Position numbers and translations under genes: made by a program. From Veleropilina oligotropha (lineage: Eukaryota), in assembly GCA_048128005.1 (NCBI GenBank), contig JBEUKZ010000058.1, forward strand, positions 248,001 to 312,000: a stretch of DNA of 64,000 bases, given 5' to 3'. Below the pieces are notes generated by a model. It made no database searches. It worked only from the letters and a program-made list of their open reading frames with translations, and was not told the origin of the DNA. Shown piece by piece: positions 11,161-24,104 of the stretch (its first letter is position 1; every line of letters starts with the position of its first letter).

Positions 11161-13642
11161 TAGTAGAGGCCGACAACGGTACGCAACGTAGAGACTGCCG
11201 GGTGGCGTCGTCTAACGTGGTGCCGTCTAGGCAAGCGTCTCTACGAAGTAGGACAGCATTACCTAAGGATCGGGCTGACTCCGACGCGGAGTTCTCCGTG
11301 GAGGCGGCAACCTCTTCGAGAAAGGACAGTGCGATCTCACGAGCGCGGGGTCCGTTCTCTTGTAGTACGGTAATGGCTCCGTCTAGGAAAAAATCCTGGA
11401 TAGAGGCATGCCGTAGAGCTCGACGGGCGGAGCTCTCAAAGCCCTCCATGGCGACCCATGGAACTTTGACCACTGAGGGAGCTGTGCTGGCCGACAGTCG
11501 ACGCATCGCTGCATCGATCTGAACCGGCTCAGTCTCCAGACACGCCCCAGAGCATCCGATCGAAATCGGACGCCTACTGGGTCGGAGGTACTTTCCTTTA
11601 CGCAGACCACTAGGGTACTCCGTTAACGAGGAAGTCTCCACCGATTTGGATCCCTGAATGGATTTGGTCGCCGAGTCGAGGACGAGCGAGACCAACCCAG
11701 ACTGGGGTAGGGTAGGAAGCAGGGGGGCTTCCGGCCCATCAAATCGACGTGCCGCTGTCCTGTGCCTGACGAAGCCTACCGGCAGAGCCGGGTCTGGCAA
11801 GTCTAGCACCCCGCGAAGCGACGCGACAGCGTCGTATCTTCTGCGGGTGGCGGAGATGGTCTCATGCGTGCCAGACTGACTACAAGAGTCGTCTGGTCCG
11901 ACCGATTCAGGGAGGTCAGAGTGAGTAGAAGCACGGTCCTCGTCGGAACGAGGATCGACTTCCATCACCGAAGCATGAGCCGAGCCCGGCGTTACGGTCA
12001 GAGACGTTGGGACCTGGGGCGGCTGGGTAGCCGGTTGCCAGGACCTACAACGTGCCTCGACTTCCATCGCAATCATAGCCTGGACGTTCTCCATAGAGAA
12101 ACCCGGAGGCATGACGGACGTCGGACCAACAGCCATTGGTCCGCTCGAGGTTACCGTAGCGCATGGTTGACGGGCTGCACGGACAGGTGGAGCCGAGTAC
12201 CAGGGACTCGGCCCGGAGGCGCGTTAAACGGTGCGAACGACCCGTAAGACTGCGACCACAGTCCATACGGGTCTGAAACCCTGCTCGGGTGAGACACGGG
12301 GGTATTACCGCCGTACGCCTCAGCCCCGAACGCAGCCGGTCCTACCACACCACCCGGGACGTCTTGATAAGAATCGTCAGAGGAGGTTGGCCGTCCATCA
12401 CCCTCGTGGGCTCCGACGGTGGCGGGATTAGCCTTTAAGCTAGCGCCGTTGTCGGACGAGAGGACGGGTTGCGTCGAGCGTCTGGAACTTCGACCACTTT
12501 CGTGGTGCCCAGCAACTGTATCGACTTTCTCTGCTAGTCTCCTTCGCCTCTTTTCAGAGGCTACTTGACTCACAGAAGGACTAACGCTGCCTTGCTCCTC
12601 CGAGGCCGGAGGAGAGGAAAGGTTTTGTCTGCCCTGTACAGCTTTTCGCCGCGGCGCTCGATGTATCTCACTGGCCGGCAAGATACTTTGAGCAGCGGTT
12701 ACTAGGCCCAAAGGAGGGGTGTCGGTCGGCACTCGGGCCCTTACCTGAATCTGGGATCCCGACGATTCCGTGACTTTCCCCAAAGTATCAGAGACTCCGT
12801 CGAGCCCAACACGGCTATCCCAGGGTTCACCAAACCAGGCGAAGTGGGCGACTTCTTCGCCCTAGCTAGTCCGACTTCGCCTAACTGTTTTCCAAAAGCG
12901 AAGATGACTTCGCCCTGATCAAATAGTCCAGTCGCTTTTGTGAAATGGACAAATCATATCAATATAAATTCGAAAAGTTAGAAATCTTATTGGGGATTGG
13001 TGTTAATTAAGAGAGCATTGTTTTTTAATTGACCATTCATCTTCAAACAAAGAGTCTGACCCTATGTGTTTATTTAAGTAAGTAGCTAGATTGCGACTAA
13101 TTAGGTCACCACATGGTCGGCTAAGAAATCCAATTGCTTCATTGATTTAATAATGAATAGACTCTATGATGGTAATTAATGCAAAGACATACCTTTTGTT
13201 ATGTTATTTGTCATGATTTATCAAGTTTTAATCATATAATCCTTTAAAACGTCCGACAGAAACTGAAACACGAACTTCAGAAAATGGAAGCTTTGCTACC
13301 ACAGGAAACACATTCTTGTTCTTGTTCGAAAACGTCGAAAAATGACTAAATGCACATAATTCTATAAAAAAACTTCTGCTGATATATAAATAATCTGACA
13401 GCAAAAAATATTACGATATTTATTTCCATAAAATATATTATAATTTGTTAATTATTATCACAAGCCTTAAAATTGACGATGCTAACACAAATAATATTTA
13501 TATTAATTTAAATTTTTTTGATAGGTTCAGACATCACATTTGTGATAACAAAAGGACTTTTTAGAAATCATTGTGTAACATAAATATTTTTCATCTTAAA
13601 TAATAAATGAATTTAATATAAATATAATATATACATAAATAC

Positions 13643-13689
<47 letters not shown>

Positions 13690-14123
13690 TACACATACAC
13701 ATACACATATACATATATTTATTGCGCGTAATATGGGGTAAGTCACTTCTCTCTATAAAAATTGGCACTTCTCTCTGTGATGCCCTCACTTCTCTCTGTT
13801 GTCTCTCAAAAGAGAAGTCACTTCTCTCTGTCATTTGTGTCAATGGTGAACCCTGTATCCTCGAGAGGATCTGAAAGAGAAAGTGAAGGATTAAAACCTG
13901 TCTCTAGCCTCTGGAGCTTCTCGGTGGATGCCCCATCGGAAGAAGACACCCTGGTTGTCTTCTCCGAAGGGAAAAGAGTCTCCCACTGCCGATTCGTTAG
14001 AGTTACGCAATGCCCACATGGATGGTCCTTATTGCTAGAACATACACGGTGAAGAGTGCATTCGGAGTGCTTGTCAAAACCACGGATTTTCTGTCTGCAC
14101 CCGGAAACACTGCAATGCTTCAT
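10921..14123 (-). pseudogene. DIRS A gag (ORF1), disrupted
   Basis: N-terminal Cys/His cluster (CSVSGC...HSEC..H..C...C..C), colinear with gag of copy B. Broken by a 1035-bp insertion and by deletions at about 12200 (34 bp) and 11160 (23 bp); ends GRGKPRP-TAG. Confidence 0.88.
12821..13855. mobile_element. Non-autonomous TIR DNA transposon with 5-bp TSD (hAT5-like)
   Basis: 12-bp TIR cagggttcacca/tggtgaaccctg and TSD TATCC. Removing the element and one TSD restores the length seen in copy B (about 53900-53925). Contains an (acatac)n microsatellite at about 13635-13715. Confidence 0.85.
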
Positions 14124-14911
14124 AGCTACTAACACGGGTAGGTAGGAGAAGGTTTGAAGAGATAAGGATATTTCCTGGGTAGTTTACCAAATTACTACTA
14201 CAACCTCGATTGTACCTGATCCGAGAGTTGGAAAAGGCTGAAATACGCTTAGAACTTCCGGCGGATTATACGCCCAAAAACACCGACTTTATATTTTTAC
14301 TTTTTAAAAACCAGTCGGTCAACGAATTGAGAAACGGGAGGTCTTTCTTCAAGAAACCGCCCTTTACACCTAAAAACCTCTTGGATGTATATATATCAAT
14401 TTGTTAGAATTCGGCGTGCTATCCCCGATTTAGCAGATTTACCAAAATAATTAGTTAAATTATAAACAATCTGCTGTTCAACGACGATAAATTTGATTAC
14501 ATAAATTTATAGCAAGAAAAAAGTCGTTGAGGAATTATCGTATATATAAATGAAATGCAATGCAAATTCAAGCAATATCAATAAAACAACTCTCTCCTGA
14601 CTCCTCAGTATTGCTAAAGAGCTTCCTTCTTTAAATATCCCTCTGAGCGTCCTCTTTTCTTTCCGACTCAGAAGTCCAAGATGGCGTCGTCAGTGGAGGA
14701 TGTCGATTTCGTTTTTTCTTTGTCGTCGACAGGAAAAAACTTCTTAAGAAGGCTTCTTACAGGAGGAAACTCTCAGATTTTCCACTAAACGTGTACACAA
14801 CACTATCAACAACCTTATGAGCTATATTGATCTTTAGATCAGGCTCGAAAAGATCGATTTTCACAAAAAAAATGTGGAGCAAAGGAAAACACGACTTGTT
14901 CAATCGAGCGG

Positions 14912-15129
14912 AAAACTTCGGATGAGGTCTTGACCCTTGGGTCACGAGGATCTCGCGGGAGTTGGCGAGCTCTAAATAGGCATGAACTGGAGGAGGTCGA
15001 GCAGGTCAGTGGGTCATCTGGGTTAAATTTACTAAAAAGTGCGAAATTACCATTTCCACCTTGTCCGGATTTAGCGATAATAGGCTTATTATGGCATTAG
15101 TAAGGACATAGGTATATTTGATATAGATA
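14912..15129 (-). repeat. DIRS A left (5') ITR
   Basis: Reverse complement of 6845-7049 with two substitutions near the terminus. Confidence 0.95.
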
Positions 15130-16413
15130 CGACCCACTGTTGTGATCAGCCCTATAGATGAATTGATTCTGTTGATTTTCCAATGAATTATGAAACAACA
15201 AAATATTTGGTCATAACATCTGTCAGATTGATAAAATACTTTCCAACAATTCTATCTTTAATAGGGGTGTCAGGACCATGACGAAATGCTATGCGACGGA
15301 TTCTGGAAATGATGTGTTCTGTTCTGGTAAAAAAATCCTATGGGGTCCCCAGGAAACTTAATTGATGTCACTTTGTGGATCAGATTAGTAAAGTGATATT
15401 CACATATTGTGATAATATTTCATTCGCATTGTATTAGGAACCAAAGTCGAAAAGCGAAAGAGTATTGATTTCGCAACACGAACATCCTTTTTGTCACCAA
15501 TTTGAAACAATTATAGTTCAGTATGACACAGTGTTAGGCCAGTTTTCAATTTGCGTGTTTCCGCATGCGAAATCGCTGACTGAAAAGTCTGTGCGTGATA
15601 TATTTATGGAGGTAACCTTTCCATTCATATAGATTCAGCGTGCGTTTACGCTGAATGTCTGGAGCGCCATCGCAAGGGAATTCCATGGCTTAAGCGGCCC
15701 ATACACGATCAATATTATTGACAATATTATTGTCAATACTGCATATTGACAAGATTATTGTTTGTAGTGGCGTGCATTGAAGCAAAATTTAGACTTGCGC
15801 AATATTCTGACGGAATCAAAATAATTAGATATTTATTGATGGATTTGCAATAATATTGATCGTTAGTGGCACACCGTCAATATTTCAGTCTCTCGGCTGT
15901 CGTTGTCGGGTAAAGATAACTCCACAAGCGCGGAAAGATGAACACATTTTTTTTATTACAGTGCATATAATTGTGCGAGCAACTTTCAGCTTTATGAAAA
16001 CATTTAAAATTTGTGCCTAAATATCATCTATAATAGAAAGCATGTGAAATTAAAAGGCTAATACAGTACATCAACAGACATATAAGAAGTATAATAACTA
16101 TTAAACTGGCGTCTATTGAGTTTCCTTTGAAATTAATTAAATCTGACTATTTTATTATAATACATCAACAAATGATAACGCCATTATGATATCAAGTAAG
16201 CACGCTATTTTTTCAAAATTCTCAACTTTTGTTGTATTACGAATCGAGATCGAAAATGGATTAATAATTTCCCACGACATCCTAGTACACACGATATGAT
16301 AGGAAGGATCATTTTGCCGCATCTCTTCCAACAGGTCAAAGTGTCCAAAATGATGCCTTTAAGCAACCATTTAAAAATCTTTCTAGTTTTGGGTTTATCT
16401 CTATCAAAAGTAG

Positions 16414-16990
16414 AGCCGCTCCGACAGTCGTGTGGTTTTGGTTGTGGAATCCGAAAAATCACTGGCTTGATTTCGCTGACACGAACAGTAGTGGGTAACC
16501 GGTTCGAACCTCGGGTGAAACACGACATTACATGATCAAGTTAAGAGTCACGGTTGTTCATAAGGGTCAGACCCCTATCTAGAAAAATAGGGGGCAGGGT
16601 GGAACTTTTACCAAAGGGGCACCCAATTTGTCGTTGGGCAGTATATATAAAGAAGGAATACAGGAATTTGTCAAGAACGGACAAATTTCATCAAAATGTT
16701 ATACTTCTCAATGGTCCGTGTGGGGTTGGGCTCACACGCAAGAACATTTTGTTATTTTAATTTGTAATTTTTTTTTTTGGGGAGGGGGGGGGGCAGGGCA
16801 ATAGTTATTGGGGCAGGGCGGACAGTTAGAGGGGCAGGGCGGGCCGCCCCTCTGTAAAAGGCTAGCTAGGGGTCTGAGGGTGGGTTCCCCGGGCGACCAG
16901 GCTTTCTTCCAGCGATAATATGTACACGTCCTGCTTTGAACCTAATGATGGCTGGAAATATACAGGACATTAAGCATTGATCCTTTCCTT
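16414..16990 (+). mobile_element. tRNA-derived SINE, interrupted by a small TIR element
   Basis: A-box-like agtcgtgtgg and B-box ggttcgaacc (16501-16510); homologous copy in the opposite orientation at 43780-44187. Confidence 0.6.
16568..16876. mobile_element. Small TIR element with 5-bp TSD (hAT5-like)
   Basis: TIR cagacccctatctag / ctagctaggggtctg, TSD AGGGT, subterminal ggggcaggg repeats. Confidence 0.8.
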
Positions 16991-17817
16991 TCATCTATCA
17001 ACAGCAAGTGGCAATGATATAGCGACCTAGGGATCTAAACATTCGTGCACCACAGACGACATCTAGAGCAATAATGACCAGAATTTTTCAAGAAAATGCG
17101 CAATAATATTGTGTCGTTGGTGGAATAAATTAATTTCCTCAATGATATTGAAGCAACATTATTGTCAATAATATTGATCGTGTATGGGCCGCTTCATCAA
17201 ATCTGGTTACCATGGCATATTTTGAAGTGATTATCGTTTAATTAAATCATTGCTGTGACGTGATCCTATTATATTTGCATGCGGTTTAAATAACAATATT
17301 GATATTTAGGACATCGGGAATACTTATATCGGAAGTATTCACGGACACAATAATGTGTTTATTATAAGTCTATTATATTTTTAAATTTTGCAAAGAATTA
17401 AGTCGGTTATATCACCGGCCATTTTTTTAGATTTCCTGACCGGTGCTATAAATACTCTGATTTATTGACGTCATATGAAAGCATACAAGCGCGCGTCTTC
17501 AGCTCAGTGTGTGAAAAAATCGTTCCTTGATTGAGCGCGGAAACGCGCAAATGGAAAGCTGGCCTAAGAGTTTGTTACTAAATAACATAATAGATATGGG
17601 ATATTGTGTATAAATTGATCAAATTCAATTACAGCTAGAAATGGTTGTTACTTGAAATATCGGATGCACAAGTTGTGAAAGTGGATTGAATTTTCATGGA
17701 CTGTCATTGGACAAAACGTAGATTTGTTGAACATTCATTTCAGAAACGTGGATATACGTCTACCGACATAAAAACGAATAACAGGTTTTTGATCTGTCGG
17801 TTTCATTTAATACAATT

Positions 17818-17978
17818 CAGTCAATACTATCCATGACCCACCCCACCTAGGGCCTTGTGGTGAAACATATCAAGATGCTCCAGGGAATGGTTCACTTGCC
17901 AAAATTGACACCACTGAATTTCTTTTCCCCCTCATAACCCTGAGGGTTGGTGGGGAGGGTCAGGGATAATATTGACTG
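17818..17978. mobile_element. Small palindromic MITE-like element
   Basis: cagtcaatactatccatgaccc...gggtcagggataatattgactg imperfect inverted ends. Confidence 0.45.
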
Positions 17979-18103
17979 GAAGATTAGTTATAAACCTTAA
18001 ACACAGGTGCGAAAATCGAAGCGATATCCCATCGTCCACTTAACGTTTTCTGATGCTCTACAAGTTGCGAGCTACGAGAACATAATATTATATAATTATG
18101 GTC

Positions 18104-20077
18104 ACACGGTGTCGCAAACTATACCGTACACCTGACTATACCGTACAGGTCTTTTCTGTAATATCAATAATACGTGCTTTAATATCGCATCAAGATTGTA
18201 ATTCATCGACTTATGGTTATGTCACTAATATTCACCCAATGGTAGAAAAATTAACCTTTTTCCAGTTCAATACATCAAAAGGGTTACTCTGGAGTATAAG
18301 TACTTGGGTGTTAAACGCAACAATCGCGACCAGTAGCGTAGGTAGATGAAATTACCGATTATCATTAATTTGCGTTATTCCGATGAAATTGCTCTTATAA
18401 ATTAATTTTAAGATCATCAGGTGAACAATAGTGACATAACCACAAGACCATGAATTACAAAATGCGATATTAAAATACGTATTATTGATATTACAGATAA
18501 GACCTGTGCGGCATAGTCAGGTGTACAGTATAGTCAGGTGTACGGTATAGTCAGGTGTATGGTATATAGTCAGGTGTGCGGCATAGTCAGGTGTACGGTA
18601 TAGTCAGGTGTATGGTATATAGTCAGGTGTGCGGTATAGTCAGGTGTGCGGTATAGTCAGGTGTGCGGCATAGTCAGGTGTGCGGCATAGTCAGGTGTGC
18701 GGCATAGTCAGGTGTACGGTATAGTCAGGTGTACGGCATAGTCAGGTGTACGGCATAGTCAGGTGTACGGCATAGTCAGGTGTACGGTATAGTCAGGTGT
18801 ACGGTATAGTCAGGTGTACGGCATAGTCAGGTGTACGGTATAGTCAGGTGTACGGTATAGTCAGGTGTACGGCATAGTCAGGTGTATGGCATAGTCAGGT
18901 GTACGGTATAGTCAGGTGTGCGGCATAGTCAGGTGTACGGTATAGTCAGGTGTGCGGCATAGTCAGGTGTACGGTATAGTCAGGTGTGCGGCATAGTCAG
19001 GTGTACGGTATAGTCAGGTGTATGGTATATAGTCAGGTGTGCGGTATAGTCAGGTGTGCGGTATAGTCAGGTGTGCGGTATAGTCAGGTGTGCGGCATAG
19101 TCAGGTGTGCGGCATAGTCAGGTGTACGGTATAGTCAGGTGTATGGCATAGTCAGGTGTACGGTATAGTCAGGTGTGCGGTATAGTCAGGTGTACGGTAT
19201 AGTCAGGTGTGCGGCATAGTCAGGTGTACGGTATAGTCAGGTGTATGGTATATAGTCAGGTGTGCGGTATAGTCAGGTGTGCGGTATAGTCAGGTGTGCG
19301 GCATAGTCAGGTGTGCGGCATAGTCAGGTGTACGGCATAGTCAGGTGTACGGTATAGTCAGGTGTACGGTATAGTCAGGTGTACGGTATAGTCAGGTGTA
19401 CGGTATAGTCAGGTGTACGGTATAGTCAGGTGTACGGTATAGTCAGGTGTACGGTATAGTCAGGTGTACGGTATAGTCAGGTGTACGGTATAGTCAGGTG
19501 TACGGTATAGTCAGGTGTACGGTATAGTCAGGTGTACGGCATAGTCAGGTGTACGGCATAGTCAGGTGTACGGCATAGTCAGGTGTACGGCATAGTCAGG
19601 TGTACGGCATAGTCAGGTGTACGGCATAGTCAGGTGTACGGCATAGTCAGGTGTACGGCATAGTCAGGTGTACGGCATAGTCAGGTGTACGGCATAGTCA
19701 GGTGTACGGCATAGTCAGGTGTACGGCATAGTCAGGTGTACGGCATAGTCAGGTGTACGGCATAGTCAGGTGTACGGTCTAGTCAGGTGTACGGTCTAGT
19801 CAGGTGTACGGTATAGTCAGGTGTACGGCATAGTCAGGTGTACGGCATAGTCAGGTGTACGGCATAGTCAGGTGTACGGCATAGTCAGGTGTACGGCATA
19901 GTCAGGTGTACGGCATAGTCAGGTGTACGGCATAGTCAGGTGTACGGCATAGTCAGGTGTACGGCATAGTCAGGTGTACGGTATAGTCAGGTGTACGGCA
20001 TAGTCAGGTGTACGGTATAGTCAGGTGTACGGTAGTGTATGGTATAGTCAGGTGTACGGTATAGTTCGCGACACCTG
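18104..20077. mobile_element. Foldback MITE (Tc1/mariner-like end, ...CTG followed by TA) carrying an expanded satellite
   Basis: Left arm ggtgtcgcaaactataccgtacacctgactataccgtac mirrors right end gtacggtatagttcgcgacacctg; inner arms 18146-18207 and 18450-18506 are also inverted. Confidence 0.75.
18507..20063. repeat. 17-bp tandem repeat (atagtcaggtgtRcggY), about 90 copies
   Basis: Directly visible array with runs of variant units. Confidence 0.98.
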
Positions 20078-20917
20078 TAAAAAAATTACTCGGTCTGAGT
20101 GAACTACTGATAAATAAACTCTCAAGGTTTTGATATTTTGCCAATGCATATGTGTGATTTAAAATTAACTGGCACTGGAATCCCTTGGCAACACGGCAAC
20201 ACGCCAACATTCATGCAGTGGGTAACTTGAGACAGACTGACTTAGCGCAGGCCTTGCGAACCTCATTGTCAACTCTGGTTGATCAATTCATGTCACTGCA
20301 CATTATATATCGGGCTGAGCGGCACATACAGTGCTTCCATTTAGCGCGACCGTGGCTCGTTAATAAACACGTACCTGCAGGATGCGGCCTCATTCACTGA
20401 CGTCGCCCACCAACACCCGCAGAAGTCCTACAATAATCGCTGAATGCAACAGCTTGGCGTGGATTACGCTGTACGGAAATGATCACCGTAAACACACGAC
20501 AGGCGTGTTTCCATTGGCTGTAACGAATCACGTGATGACTAATGTAAGCGGGCAGTGCCTGAAGCGGCAGTTTCGATGTATACATGCAATCTGGGACTAT
20601 TATCCTAGATAGTAGTCCCAGATGCAATGCATGGATTTATAGTATAAATTTATAGATATAAGCGCATTTCAGTAGTTTCTCAAACGCTGAATATACGAAT
20701 ATTCTTTTCACAAACATTTTACTCATGACACCACCTCGTGTGACAATAATGCGTCGTAAAATTTGCTTTGACCAAGGAAAATCGCTATCAGAACCTGACA
20801 AATACCTATACGTACGGTACGGTACCGTATTTTGCCTGCATTATGGCGCCGTCACACAATGACGACTAGCTAGGCCAGCGTTTTTCAATTTTGGGGGAAA
20901 CGTTGGTCCATGGTCGT

Positions 20918-22532
20918 ATTCCTATCGTTGGATATGATGATATATCTTCATCTATTGTCAAAACTACGTCAGAAAACATCGTTCCAATACTAACTTCAAT
21001 TATTAACAAATCAATAATTACTGGAATATAATATCAGACAAGCTAAAAATGGCCAAAGTGGTTCCAATATTTAAAAGTGGTGATGACGCTTCATTATCTA
21101 ATTACAGACCAATATCAATTTTGCCAGTTTTCTCTAAAAAATTTGAAAAAGTGGCATTTTCACGACTGATAAATTAATTATCTCAACGCACATAGTATTT
21201 TATGCACTAAACAGTATGGTTTTAGAGAAAATCATTCGACCTTCATGGCATTATTAGAACTAATGAACCAGATATCGGAAGCAATTGAAAAAAAATATAT
21301 ACTGCGGGTGTATTTATTGACCTATCTAAAGCGTTCGATACAATAAATCATGAAATACTTACAAATAAACTCCGACATTATGGCATTAGAGGCTTGCCTT
21401 TAACCTGGTTTGAAAATTATTTGTCAAACAGGACACAGTTCGTGACAGTAAATGGTAAAGACTCATCAGTGAGACCAATAACTTGCGGTGTTCCGCAAGG
21501 ATCAATATTAGGTCCTTTATTATTTATTATATATATTAATGATTTGGCAAATACTTCAAAGCTACTAAAATTTATTATGTTTGCTGATGACACTAGTATT
21601 TTTTTTACGCACAAAAATTACCATACCATGATAAACATAATGAACAAAGAATTAGAAAAGGTCACCCTATGGTTCAAAATCAACAAGTTATCACTAAATA
21701 TAACAAAAACAAACTATATGATCTTCTGTAGCAAGTTAAAGAAATATCCTATTGCAAACAATAACATTACTATAGATGACAAACATATAAAACAAGTGAC
21801 TAACACCAAATTTCTAGGAATAATAATGGATGAAAACATAACATGGTCCCAACATATTAGTAATGTATAAAATAAAATTGCTAAGCATATTGGAATTATT
21901 TATAAACTAAAGCAATCACTACCTACATATATACTACCCACACTATATTGTACTTTAATTTTATAGGTTACATATCTATAGTTACTTTTCTACATTTTCC
22001 ACAAATTAACTATGAATATAGACTCTACGACACACACACACTCATGCACACAGACACCCACTCAATTTAGGTCCAAACACTTTAATAAATAAGTTGAAAA
22101 ACATTAAACTTTTCCCTAGGGTGATCATGTTTATAAGCTCGCAAGGGTTTCTTTGATCATCCTACCATAGAAACATAATAATAATAATATATTTAAAGGT
22201 TTTACGTTATATATACTTAAATCATTAGATTGCATTTGTGATATCGATGTTTGTTTTGTTTTTGTTTTGTTTTTAATTAATAACTGCAATTATTGTGTTA
22301 AAGTTTTACAATTTTATATTCAATGTTATTCATAAAGCTAATATTATTACTTCAAATTACAATGTTCTATTTTTCACTTTGCTTCATGACTTCATAATAT
22401 ACCAATATATAGCATATAACGTATTACTATGTTACCAATACTATTTACTTTACTTTATATCATATAATTTTTGTACATTTTACTGTCTATGGTGAAATAA
22501 AATTAATTCATTCATTCATTCATCATTCATTT
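20918..22532 (+). pseudogene. 5'-truncated LINE (CR1 group, L2/Crack-like) RT fragment with 3' UTR
   Basis: NYRPISIL, QYGFR, DLSKAFDTI, GVPQGSILGPLLFIIYINDL and FADDT, with frameshifts; ends aataaa plus (ttca)n tail. Confidence 0.88.
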
Positions 22533-23239
22533 GTAACGTGAAGCGGTTGTCGGCGAACGCTGAGGCCGGAAAGTTTTTTTGAACATGCACACAAAAATGT
22601 TCTCGGTCCAACGTTCACAGAACGTTATACAAACGATAGGAAATCGTTAACTTCGTTAGGTGATCGTTCGATCCTCATTCGTTTGGTGTGCGTTCGTAAA
22701 CGTTGACAGTCGTTCGTCCTTTATCTAACGTGTTACAAGCGTGTCACTGAAAGAACGTCTTTAAAACGATTGTATAGCGTGTTGATGGCGATCAAAAACG
22801 TCTTTGGACGTCCACAAAACGAACTCAGCGAAGCAAACCGTTCTCAGAACGCGCAGGCACAGTTTGGGCGAGCGTTAGGCGTGATGTCAACGACCCTGGG
22901 TATATAAAAAGGGCTGATCTGCTTATAAGTTAATCATTCGTGTGCCAGTCTCGGTGGTGTGTAGGTCGACCATGGAGGATGCAGAGGCTTCGTCGGATCT
23001 ACCTGCTTGCCATAGCCCAGCATGAAGTAATTATCCTTGAACCATTCCACCAAGTCATCCTCGACGTCCTGTGCTTCTTGGTCGTCTTCTTCTTGGCTGC
23101 ACCCTCTTTGATCTTAACCAGGACCATCACCAGCTAGGGAACCGACAGCAGAAGATGGATGGGAGGTCTGATAAGAAGATCGAGACCGACCAGGAGTTGG
23201 AGAAGGAGAACGACGGCGGTCAGATTCTTCTTCATGATG

Positions 23240-24104
23240 TATGGAACGCCATATTAACATATATTCAATTAATTGAACCTATCTTTAAATAATTGAAGAT
23301 AGGTTCAATTAATTAGACCTAGGTTCAATTCAATTGCACCTAGGTTCAATTCAATTAAAGTATTTGTACCTGTCTTCAATTGAATTGAACATATCTCTAA
23401 TTAATTGTACCTAGGTGCAATTGAATTAGACCTATCTCCAATTGAATTGAACCTAGGTTCAATTCAATTGAACCTAGGTTCAATTCAATTGAACCTAGGT
23501 GCAATTGAATTGAACCTATCTTCAATTGAATTGAACCTATCTTCAAATACAACATATCCGTAAATGAATTGTACCTATCTTCAAATGAATTGAAACTATC
23601 TTCAATTGAATTGAACCTATCTTCAATTCGTTGACATCATTGTACAAGTAATGATTTCTCCCCTTTACGCATATACTTTTGGTCTTGGTTGGTTCTGTCG
23701 AAAGTGGTCTGCCAAAACGCTGACGATGTCGATGCGACGGGGAGCGGTTGTTTCAGTAAATATATTGTGGTGTTCCTAATTAAAGATAGGTTCAATTCAA
23801 TTGTACCTAGGTTCAATTCAATTGCACCTAGGTCTAATTCAATTGCACCTAGGTCTAATTTGTTTAATTTGAACCTATCTCCAATTGAATTGAACCTAGG
23901 TGCAATTGAATTGAACCTAGGTGCAATTGAATTGAACCTAGGTGCAATTGAATTGAACCTAGGTGAAATTGAATTGAACCTAGGTACAATTGAATTGAAC
24001 CTAGGTGCAATTGAATTGAACCTAGGTCTAATTAATTGAACCTATCTTCAATTATTTAAAGATAGGTTCAATTAATTGAATATATGTTAATATGGCGTTC
24101 CATA
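23240..24104. mobile_element. Non-autonomous foldback TIR element built from 21-bp palindromic subunits
   Basis: Long TIR beginning tatggaacgccatattaacatatattcaatt; arrays of aattgaacctaggtKcaattg; flanked by atgatg on both sides (3- or 6-bp TSD). Confidence 0.85.

Larger units (their letters stand above)
6806..15129 (-). mobile_element. DIRS1-type tyrosine-recombinase retrotransposon, copy A (full length, defective)
   Basis: Inverted terminal repeats, an ICR complementary to both ends, gag then RT-RNaseH-MT then an overlapping YR ORF; ATA trinucleotide at both junctions. Confidence 0.97.
15693..17193. mobile_element. Harbinger-like MITE nested in the previous element
   Basis: TIR agcggcccatacacgatcaatattattgacaat with its reverse complement at 17161-17193; subterminal caatattattg repeats. 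Confidence 0.75.
15537..17564. mobile_element. PIF/Harbinger-like MITE (outer element of a four-level nest)
   Basis: Imperfect TIR ggccagttttcaatttgcgtgtttccgc / gcggaaacgcgcaaatggaaagctggcc, flanked by TTA and TAA. Confidence 0.65.

Noticed and set aside
7953..11234. 1093-aa ORF as a real novel protein
   Set aside because: It is a chimera created by deletions in copy A that join out-of-frame gag, the pol N-terminus and ORF3; copy B lacks the fusion.
18507..20063. CRISPR-like array
   Set aside because: Head-to-tail 17-mers with no unique spacers, no cas genes and a eukaryotic context.
23689..24039. 116-aa ORF with IELNLGA repeats
   Set aside because: Translation of the 21-bp palindromic subunits of a TIR element.
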